Part shown: positions 48,001 through 60,000 of the stretch, one piece after another | How positions within the stretch are numbered: position 1 is the first letter of the stretch | How the letters are laid out: each line of letters begins with the position of its first letter | Assembly (NCBI RefSeq): GCF_003918875.1 | Contig: NW_025767507.1 | Span: 186,001 to 250,000, forward strand | Reading direction: 5' to 3' | DNA from: Haliotis rubra | Taxonomy: Eukaryota | Length of the DNA: 64,000 bases | Notes under the pieces: generated by a model | What the model saw: only the letters and a program-made list of their open reading frames with translations | What the model was told of the DNA's origin: nothing | Database searches by the model: none | Position numbers and translations under genes: made by a program

Positions 48001-51000
48001 CATGGAAAAGGATCCAACAACCTTTACAGAAAACAGGCACAGACCTTGACACTAATTTCTAAAATGACTTTGGATATCCATGAACCGAATACAACACAAT
48101 ATGCAATCAGGAAGAAATACACAACATTTCCAAAAAACTAATGGTACTCCAGACATAAAGGAAAGAAAATATGAGCTAATTGATTAGTTTAATTAACACT
48201 GACTATTTGTAAAAGGGGTAATTTCTGCATCTGCAAATATTTAACATTTCTCCTAATAAAACAGGACCTAAGCTTAAACTGATTACATCTAATAAACAAA
48301 CTAAAGAAAAATAAGGACACTTGTATCACACTAACTCACACACATGTATGCTCAAAGTGCAACAAATGGATCGATCCTTTGAAATGATTAAGTTGAAGAA
48401 CTTAACAGAAGTTGTTTCAAGTGCACCAAGCGAACCTCAGGAACAAGAATCCAATGTTGTGTAGCTATGTCAGAAAGTGACTGACAGTCAAATGCTTTCA
48501 GTTTAACACAAAGGATGATCAGCAACTTGTCCTAAGAGATCTTGGCCCAAATCTTTCCTAATCATTATAATTAATAGGGATATCTCAACAATCAGATCAC
48601 AAAGACCTCTTTCAGATGATAACAAACTTTCTTAAAGGGCCAAGCCAGTGGGGTTTTATTCTGAAACTGAAATTGACCAAAAACACCAGCAAACCCATTT
48701 CCACAAGAAGCCAAGTGATTCCCAAACATCAACATCCTCAAAACAAAACGTTGCCCAAATCCAATGTTTCAAGGACATATGTACCACCACCACAACAACA
48801 ACGACAACAACATAAGTTATAACATGACGACATAAGCTTACCTAGAGGGCCATCAATCAAGGCATGCACACTAGAAATAGATGTCTACTTACTCAATCTT
48901 TTCCTCCTGTTCTATCAATTCCTCTTCATTAAAGCCAAACTGGTCTATGAAGTTGCTTGTCATCTGTTGCAGCTGGTAATCAGAGAAGGCCTGATGAATA
49001 AACCAGGCAATGAAGGTGTCAACAGCAAATAAAGACCGACCATCTGGTGGCAGCCTCTGCACTACAACACTGCAGCAGCCAACTAACGCAACTTCACTAC
49101 ACACAAAGCACCCACATTTACAAACACCAACAACAAACCCCGATTTCTGTCCAGGCATGACAACAGGAATCAGAGTTTAGGAGTAATACACTTATCTTAC
49201 AGATTACAATCAACACTACAGATAACATTCAAATGGCAGAAAAGTTCTCATGCACAATTTTAAGAAAGGAAATTCAGGGCCTTTATCTTCTATCACAGCA
49301 CTGTCATCTCTCACTGTTAAAGTATGAGTTACAATGACCTTAGTGCTATAATCACTTTACACAAACAAGGTTGTGGATTTCATAAAGGTGTCAAAATGTG
49401 ATTTTCCATATACTTCAGTGTAACATATGTTATATTAAGGATTACACTTTCTCAGAAAAGCTTACCATGTCAGTTTACACTTGTTAGACGGGTACATGAA
49501 GTATGTGATCTTGACTAACTAAAATGTTTGTTTTCATACTCCCCGAACTTCACAGTGTAATTCAAAATATAACATACATTACATTTGATCACAAAAGGCA
49601 ATATGTATTCATATACTTTAAGTATTTATATTTTTCCCAATTTTCTATCTTCCCTTAAAAAGTAATTCCAATAAAGTGCTTAACAATTGTTGACACGTTA
49701 CTCAATCACGAAAAAAGTATTTCTTTAAAACTATGGAAGCTCATAGCCATTTTATACAGCTGTTGAGGCCCCTCTATGTTGTGAAATGTTTTCTACTCCA
49801 ACTCAAGGTAAGACACAAAGACTGGCTATTTTCATTCTTGAATCTATATAATAAATCAGGGCAGTCCTTTTGGTTTGTATTAGAATGTTGGAATCAACTT
49901 AATGCAATTTCTAAACAACTTGTTTATGACCAGGTCCTCCTTGGGATACTAATTATTATACCTGTCATAATAAGTCATATGAATTTATCTAAATGCACAC
50001 CTAATTATATTTCAGATATGTCTTGTGCCCGTACACTGTGGCAGATAACAAACTCATTTCCCCAAAATATAGTTCACACTGAAAGTATTGTAAACGTGTA
50101 GAGAATGGTGTCTTTTATCATCAACTTGAGAATTGCTGTTGGCATGTTGCAGATGTAATGCTAACAAATCCTCAGTTTGAGTGAGAAATGTACATGTTTA
50201 CAGGATACATCCACTGTGAAGTGAGAATGGGGTCACAGCTACTCATCATCCGACATTAAGGGAAGGACAAGTCAATTTGTTCATCATCTTATTATTTCCC
50301 TTGATCTTCTGAGAGTAACACACATGGATAGATATTTAGAAACATGCAAATCAATGCATGCATTTTTCATTTTAACAGAGATATCCTAATAACATGCTAA
50401 AGTTTTGTCCACTTATTTATTCCCAACTAGTCTTGTGAGGTTAAACAGAAACACTACTTTATTGCTTACAGAAAACAGTTGAAACGAATGTACATTTGTT
50501 AAACATGTGGTTGAAACAACATTAATCTCTACAACAGCTACATGCAAAAGCTGGTGCTACAGCAAACTAAAAAAATAAGCTTGTTGGTGGAAAAGAAGAA
50601 AACATTTATCTGTGAACATAAATTCCGCTACAAAAATGTAAACAAAACTTGACACCATTTACCGGTATTAACATGTTCAATTACTTGATATGCCATAACA
50701 GACAATTAATAAACAAACGTATAGTATGATGGTAACGTTATGTATTATTGTAAAATGCAGAACAAATTCAATAATGTGCAATTTAGCTTGCAAACTATAA
50801 AATTTAACAAATATAATATATCACTGACTCAGTTTGTGAGTTACTTATTTCAATGATTTTTGTTCTTGTGAACATTAGTTAGAAGTTCAGTGCAAATTTT
50901 ACCTGTTGCATGGCAGTGTCCTGAGGGAAAGGAATGTCTTTGAAATCACCGTCGTCTTCTTCACTGCTGGAGGCTAATGGGTGACCTCGTATCTGGAAAT

Positions 51001-54000
51001 ACCAATTGTATTTGAAAACTCACCTCTCTCCCAAACATGATTACTTTGTCAGGATGTACTCATCTTATAGGTCGAGGGAAGTAATAGGTCATAAACTTAA
51101 ATTCATTAATCACTACGGTATGTTCATAAAAGAGTGTTTCTTAGTGCAAACAAGATATCAAATACTAATACTTATGTTTTGTTTAATGCCAGTAACGAAT
51201 AGTCATGAAGTATCACTATATAATATCAAGTCTGGAAAAAAACTAGTAACTGAAAAAATAGGCAACAATTTCACATTAATGCTACCAACTCCAAGCAATG
51301 AACCCAGTCACTACTAAATGCAATTCATATATCAAGTCCCTTTATGTATAGTTAGGTTACATATCCAGCATAATGCACTGTGATCTATTCTGCACAGGGA
51401 AACCTATCCTGATTATTGTGACAAAAATCAGTTTTGTTGATGCCAAACAGGTTTGAGATTTGCTGCTATAGTATTTGGACCAATACTACAAAATACTACA
51501 GCATAACAGAACTACACGAAACAAACATCTTGATATCAGCATTTTCCCCCCGTTTTCACTGAAGAGCTTGAAGCCTGACAGATCTTGAACATAGGTTGTA
51601 CGTATGACTACGCACTGGTTCTGGACTTTTCATTCATACCTCATTCATTAAAAAATAATTCAATTTTTACCAATTCTACTGTGTTCTTCTTATTTATTTC
51701 TGCTAATGTCCCAGACACAAATGTTTCCCACCTCTGTCGACTTTCTTCTGGTGTTTCTGCAAAAACAAACAAATTACTTACTGTAAATTTATTATGAAAA
51801 ACAACTAATCAATTCAGATCCTAAAGGTAAAATGTTTAAAAACAAAACTATATGAACAAGAAAAAGAAAATGTGAACATGACTCACCATTAAAACAATCT
51901 TTGACAAATTCTGCATTTTCGCCCTTTTCTAAACTTGATACTAGTGTGTTAGCCATTTTTGTTAAATGTCCCATAAAACCTCTCCTTCTACCTCCTTCTC
52001 GGGCTCTGCAAACAAGAGATATACAATGTCTACAGATGTATATACATGTAATTGTAAATATGTTAATACAGTTCTCCACATCAAACTCAAATTCCAAACT
52101 AAGATGCCGGTACACCTTCACATGGTGATTCACAAGCTTCACATAGACAAAGAACATTCAAAATCATGATAATGATCTTCAACGTTTTAAAATCATCTTG
52201 TGGGTTACTCAAGGTGAACACATTCTTTGAAGATGCACTGCACTGAGAACACATCCATTGAATATTATCACTGAGAGATAAAATCTTTGGCATCATCACC
52301 ACATCCATGAATGTCAGGGTTGCCTGGATTGAACGGAAGAATTATCTACCCTTGCCTAAACTATCTCACCATGGCTGCTGAATAAAAACAAACACCAAAA
52401 GGCCTGTGGCCCTGGATACCTTAAAAAATGTTTCTTTTGAGAAATATTTTTTTCCAATTACCTCCTAATTGAACTTTGCAAAGTCCCTGATAATCCGAGT
52501 TATGGCCTACCACTCACTAACCCGTAAATGGTTTCTCATACTCACTGTTGTTGCTCATTTTCTTCCCATTCATCAAGTAATCTCTGAATTATTTTACAAT
52601 CTGAAAATAGCTGTAAGAAGAAAATAGCTGTTAGGACATTTTATTAACATGGGGTACAGGGCACATTTTTACATTCAAGATTTCAATGTAACACATTATA
52701 GTTCCTTTTTGATATGATTGCTATAAATGTATTGCATCATTATGCTGTGACAGCTGTAAGAAGGACAATAACAGTACCTACTTCCCTAGAACAAATGAGT
52801 GACCCCCGATTAAAATCATCATCATCATCCCCCTAGCCATAAATTATGAACGGTCCCTATAGGATTTTTAATGATTTACTAGATTGCTGCCTGCAAATAA
52901 TGATCCCTGGGGAAGACAAACTAGTGGTTGATATTGTGAATGACAATCCAAGATAGCATGGCTCGGACAGGCTGCTAACCAAATCAATGAGTATGGATAT
53001 CTAATCAAGTACATTGTCTTTGACCAGCACTGATTGTTTCAACCAAGAGTCCTCACATAGTAAATATCTGAATGAAGATAATTTCACTTACTTGAACTAA
53101 GAGAGGATTTTCTTTCTTGTTTTCCACTTCTACTGGAACGATACTGAGTATTGTGTTAATACACTGCTCCACTTGTGTGTGTAAGAAATTGTTCCACACA
53201 TACTTAAAATAGAGATCCTGCAAACAAAACATTTGGTGCTATCAAGCAATAGTTCAAAGGCAAATTACAGATACAAAAGGGGGTAGAACTAATTACTAAC
53301 TATAAATCTGGGGCACAATATTTTTTAAGTGTTGTCGGTGACCTAACTCAACAATCCTTGTTCAATGTTGACATAATGTTTTATTGATGTGATTGCCCCT
53401 CTACATTTAGATACACGTTACCAATAAAGAAAATGATAAAAAGTTCCAAGACAACTTATGCTTAGGTTAAATATTATCTCTATATTCTGTCAATTAAATT
53501 TGTGATTATTGTAAACCCCATAGGACAATATGAATGTCACATTATTTCTTCCAATGTCAGTTCAGATCAGCACATGTACATCAAGCTGTGGACATGGTCC
53601 TTGTCAGCAAACACTGCTGCTCTGCTGAGAGTAGAGCTGAGCCAATTTTTTTATTGAAAAAGTTAAACATAATGTTTCCACTAATGATGCTAGCTGACCG
53701 ATGCGTCATCAAGCCATGAAACAGTGCTAACGAGTTAATTACACTGAAGGAGACTGTACTTGGCAATGACAACTGAAGTGATCAAGAGGTCTGTTACCAA
53801 GGGTACTTTTGGTTACAATATCATTTTTACAGGATTTGTAATAGAGCTGTCAATCATATGAGCAAAAACAATTACTTGGCCCTTGGTGATGTTAAAAAAC
53901 TTACAACATATCGTAATATTTTGTGCAAACCATGCACTGCAACCAAACATTAATACGATGATCAATAGTTTTGTTGTAGAAAGAAAACTGATTACACTTA

Positions 54001-57000
54001 CCAGTAGAATTCTCGTGGTCCCGAGATTGGCTAGTTCTACATTGACAGAGTGTGTGTTTGTGGATACAAGAGCTGTGACCAGTTTGGCTATCTGTAGACG
54101 TGTGTTGCCGAGTGGGGGTTCAAGTGTTCCACACGTTGTTGGCATTGCACAGAAACGTTGCTGCAAGAAAAATCAGAGTAAAAATAATGAAACAAGCTTT
54201 GAGCAGTATTTCACTCGGCTCGATGTGGAAAGAAAGCCAGGAGTATTGCAAGTTTTAAATGTTTATCACTTTAGTGCAATCCTTGAGCACAGCTGTGGTG
54301 CTGGCAAACTGAAAACATTAACAGGGGAGAATGATATGCTCTGGAAGGCTTTATTGATGCAACTAGCTGCAGCCATTTAAACAATTTGGCCTCCTGTACC
54401 CTTTCTAAACTACCTTAGAGTTTATGTTACTGCCTTAATGCTTACTGACTACAAAAAGAAGACAAAGTCATCAATATCCCCCGCAATGACAAAATACTCT
54501 TTATGAATATGTCTACTAGTTATGATTATGTCAAATGTTTTGGAGTGTATACAGCAAAGCGGAAGGAGAGTACTGAAAGGTTTTTAAAATCTGCTCCAGA
54601 AAGGAGCACTACCACCAAATTCAGTTAAAGCCTAACTTGTTACCATGGAAATGCAACAAGATGACATCCTCATAGTCACAGCCTAAGTCATGTTTCCATG
54701 GAAACCACAAGAAATAAAATTCATATCTGGGTCTAACCCACAAAAGGCACATCTAGGGATCATGCTTGATATGTCAGGGTTTTACGGGACGCAAGATTCC
54801 TGCGTATTGGACGCAGAAGTTTGGTGAAGTACCCCCAAACTAAAATCCTGTGTGTCCTTGTGGACGCAATATAATTTTTTTCTGGGAAAGAACTTTCTGA
54901 GTTTGTAATGATATCCCATATTAAAATATAAACATTCTATTTACAATCAATATTCTAATGACATTGAAAGTAACACATATCTTAACATAATCATTATCAA
55001 ATGGGAAGCATTCATTATCACTGATTTAATGCAAATTGATGGACCCCCAATTTTGGAAATGGACTCTCAAAACACTATGCCCTGAGTCCCCAGGACTCCC
55101 AGTTTCGAAGAGCTATGTTAAACCCTGATATGTGTACCAAGTTTGATGAAGCTAGCATGTATAGTTTAGGAGATCTGCTCCAGACAAGATGACATCCTCA
55201 TAGCCAGAGCCTAAGTCATGTTTCCATGGAAACCACAAAAAAATAAAATTCATATCTGGGTCTAACCCACAAAAGGCACATCTAGGGATCATGCTTGATA
55301 TGTGTACCAAGTTTGATGAAGCTAGCATGTATAGTTTAGGAGATCTGCTCCAGACAAGATGACATCCTCACAGTCACAGCCTAAGTCATGTTTCCATGGA
55401 AACCGAAAAAAATAAAATTCGCATCTGGGTCTAATCCCCAAAAGACACATCTAGGGATCATGGTTGACATGTGTACCAAGTTTGGTTAAGCTATCACAAA
55501 TAGTTTAGGAGATATGCTTCGGACACAGTGTGACGGACAGAACTTGTTTTAATTAACAAATACAAAATGTATTCAGATAGTAGCTTCAGCATGCTTTCCT
55601 ATCAGGAGCTTGCTAAAGGAATGCACTGGTTGAACTCATGAATATTTAATCGTAGAAAAACATAAATGTGAATATATGTTACCTTTGGTGGCTCTAGCAA
55701 GAGTTGGTGAAAGTCTTTTAACCTTGGACTTATTGCTGCCAACACACTATTGACTCCCTGAGTGAGACGTTCGGTGTCAAAAGCGGCCATGTGATCAGCT
55801 GCTCCCTCGGTCCTACCAGTCAGAAAAAGGGACGTTTTACTTACCAGACTATAAACAAACCGAGACATAATGTGCATAAAGTAAAACAAAGTCAATCTAA
55901 AAACCCTGCTTTCTCTATAACAATGTACATCTACATGCACAAATTTTGTTGCCTTTAACAACAAACAATAGACTAACAAATTAACGATTAATCGGAATTT
56001 TGTTATTTTACACACACTTGAATGAAGTAAACTAACCATTAAATTCGAACTAACCTGTAGAGGTTTCAGATTGTTTGAATATATTCCTCCTTGGGGTACT
56101 TATAAGCATTTAAATGTCCATTTAAAATCCCTACGACAGTTGTAACAATATTTGAATAAAAAATATTTACAAAACAAAAACTACGTTTTGTCTTGTGAGA
56201 CCACCCTTACAGGGCCCTCCGGCCCCCTACAGCCAAGAGCAGGTAACTCTAGACCATAACCTCGTACCTCACTTTCCATGCTGAACGAAGTCAGACAAGA
56301 ATGTGGGAAGGTGGGCGGGCGTACTCCAAGGAGGAATATATTCAAAGAATCTGAAACCTCTACAGGTTAGTTTGATTCTTTTTTATATATTCCTCCTTTG
56401 GGTACTTATAAGCATAAGACATACTCCTAAAGACGGAGCTAAGGAGTGGCATTCTGTCCGCATAAAACACCCCCGACAAGAAGTGGAATTTCCCAAGCTA
56501 AAAATAGCAGAAAACAGCACACTTACCCGGTCACGTGTCCACCATAGCCAATCAGGCAGGGGCATGAGCCAGGGTCAGCATCAAACACATTACAATCACA
56601 ATGCGAAACAGTCGAGATAAACCCTCCCTCCCTCCCGTAATCAATCGGAAGTGAAGATAAGGGAATCCCACAAGAAGCCACAAGAAACAAAATGCCATAA
56701 TACGTCTAGTAAGCAAAAGTTTCCAAGGCAAATAAGTCTAGAGCAGAACGGAGTAATGCAAAAGACATGGGAATAAAAACTATCACCATATAAAACCCGT
56801 CACCAAGGGAATAGGTAAAAGTTGTTTAAAACCCAACACCAGTGAAAAACGGCAGATAATGGTTCACGTCATAAAATCCTCAAAAGCTCAATCGGCTAGA
56901 GAGGTGGAACCATGCCCACTGGAGAGAACTGACTGACCGCACCGAGCACGCTCACTGGAGAGTCTGTCAAGTTGGTAATGACGGATGAACGTACTCGGTC

Positions 57001-60000
57001 GGCTCCAAATAGCCGCGGAGCAGATCTCCTCAATTGGCAAGGCTGCAGCGTAAGCTTTCGATGTAGCAACTGCCCTAACCGAATGAGCTTTCAAACCTGC
57101 AGGCGGTATACGACCTGTGTGAGTATAGCTCATATGTATGGCAGAGACAAGCCACCTAGATATGGTTTGCTTGGTCGCCCGGAAGACCAGCCTTGACCCC
57201 ACCATAACAACAAAACAATTGGTTATCCTTACGGATACCCCTTGTCTGCTTGATATAAGCCTTAAGGGTCTTACGGACATCTAAGACGTGAGCACGTCGT
57301 AGAGAGGTACCGGGCAGGGGAGGCTGAGTGAAAGCCGGGAGCTCAATAGGCGCTGTCACATGAAAGGCACTAGCCTTCTTAGGGCGGTAAGTATCAGGCA
57401 GCCGTATGCTAACTCTGTCTTGGTGAAAAACAGTGAGTATCGCCTACCCGCCTGCCTGAAGTTACCGCCACAAGAAAAGCCGTCTTCCACGTTAACAGCT
57501 GGAGTGAAAGAGCTGACAGATTGTGAAATAGTGGACCGGACAGCCAATCAAGAACGATTGGCAAGTCCCACGGGGGACTAATCCGCCGGACAACCAGACG
57601 GATTCTGTCCACGCCTGCTAAAAAACGCTGCACAAGAGGGTGCTGCCCCAAGAGAGCACCGTCAACAGGAATGTGAAACGCAGAAATAGCCGTATAATAT
57701 CCTCGAACAGTTGAAGCCGCTAGACAGGCATCCAACCGAGACTGGAGGAATCCTAACACAGAGACTAAATCTGCAGAAAAGGGATCAAGAATCCCCCTGT
57801 TGACACACCAGCGCGAATAACAGGCCCATCTATCCTCATATTGAACGTTTGTCGAATCCCTCCGCGAAGCCAGAATTGTGTCTGCAACTGGTGCAGGAAT
57901 TCCGCTCGCTCGGAGGCGATCCCGGACAGCGGGCAAGCCACCCACTGAATCCTGGGATTCGGGTGGGGCGCTCCGTTCTGGGATAGGAGGTCCGGTCGAA
58001 AAGGTAATAGAACAGGAGGCTGAGCCAGAAACCTGAGAATTACCGGAAACCAACTCTGCGCCGACCAAAGGGGTGCAAGAAGCACAAGTAGCCGAGCTGG
58101 TTGTGCGGTCAGCTGAGACAGGACCCTGGGGATCAGTGGTATCGGGGGGGAACGCCCACAGTACCCTGCCCGTCCAATCTAGCTGAAAGGCGTCGTTGGC
58201 TAGCGCCCTCGGATCCGGAATCTGAGAGCAAAACACAGGAATCTGGTTTGTCACCCCAGACGCAAACAGATCCACCTGGAACGACAGGCAAAACCCGAAT
58301 GTTGAACTGATCGCACCAGAGAAGAAACTGCCACGCCTACTGAAGGAGTGACGGAGACACTGTGCCGCCTTGCTTGAGGATGTAAGACATGGCCGTTTGA
58401 TTGTCCATCTCTAGACGAACCACACGGCCCTGAACAAACACCCGAAAGCTCTCGAACATCCGGCGGACTGCTCTCAGTTCTAACACATTGATGTGCAGGC
58501 TGACTTCCCGCTCCGACCAGAGGCCTGAGACTGAGTGTTCGCCCAGGACCCCCCACCACCCCCAACCCCAATCCTGTGAGGGAGGCATCCGTCTGAACTG
58601 AGAGGGAAGGTGTCGGGGTGTCTAGGGGGATCCCCCTGGACAAATTCCTGACGTCCGTCCACCACCGAAAGTGAGGAATTAACCACTCGGGCGTCGCGAG
58701 AATAGTCGTAGCTCTGCGAGTGGGACCAGAGCTGCGCTAGCGCTTGCTGAACGGGTCTCATCCTCAGACGCGCACGCCAAACCACATCCACTGTCGCCGC
58801 CTCGTTGCCTAGCAACCGAAGCCATGTTCGGCGCATAGGGCGACTGGAGAAACTGTAACACAGTCCTCTGGACTTTGATGATACGGTCCGGAGCGAGGGA
58901 AACAATCCCCAGCTCCGCGTTGAATCTTGCCCCCAAGAATACCAGTTCCTGCGTCGGAACGAGGTCTGATTTCTTAAGGTTGATAATCCAGATATCACCC
59001 ACCGCCTGAAGCAAGTTGCTGTAGAACAGCTTATCCACCCGCCTGGACTTAACAGTCTTAGGTGTGAAAATCGCACACGCAGGACAACCCGTTTCGTTGT
59101 GATCAGTCTCCATCAAACATCGCAAACACACCTCGTGAGTATCCCTCACGGGTATAGCTGCGAGGCACGAAGTACAGGATTTAAACTGCAACAAGTAAAA
59201 AACCCATGCAGTAACCTACCCTATACATACATAAATATATGAAAAAAACACGCATGGGCGACCACAACTAATGCGATATGTAAGCATGAAGTTGACAATA
59301 ACAAGTAAGACACACTGCAACATAACTAACAATTACGACTTTAGCGTAAAGAAAGAAAATGCTAGCAGCGGAAATAACGCCCTACATGTAATAACATACA
59401 AATAATAAACACTATAACCAACCACACCAAACATTGAAAACCACATGGGAAGCCAATGAACAGTGAGGCTAGCGAAGGGACCTGTCCGCCATCTTGACAC
59501 GCAGTTACAACCAAAAAAGAAAAATGAAAATGTTCAGAACAAGTCTCCAAATCGCCCATGCAGGGAAAAAAGAGAACCATACATACAGTAGCTGTTTCTG
59601 AGACACTCAAAGTCGCTTAGGAAATTAAACTTCTTCGAAGTGGACCCACGTCTTGCCAGTGAAACGACAGCATGGAAAGTGAGGTACGAGGTTTTGGTCT
59701 AGAGTTACCTGCTCTTGGCTGTAGGGGGCCGGAGGGCCCTGTAAGGGTGGTCTCACAAGACAAAACGTAGTTTTTGTTTTGTAAATATTTTTTATTCAAA
59801 TATTGTTACAACTGTCGTAGGGATTTTAAATGGACATTTAAATGCTTATAAGTACCCCAAGGAGGAATATATAAAAAAGAATTGACGAATATTCACAAAC
59901 AAACGTGCTCAACAGCATAAAGCTATGCGCATTGTAAAATTTTATCCAATTTTATTGTTTAATTACAATTCCAGTGCCTTTCTTGCATGTGTGCATTTCA

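Noticed and set aside
48991-49158. Open frame extending upstream of the AFSDYQ exon, with a CTCF-like ccaccagatgg motif
   Set aside because: No recognisable homology; the canonical acceptor at 48991 already gives the conserved junction, and a single motif match is weak evidence.
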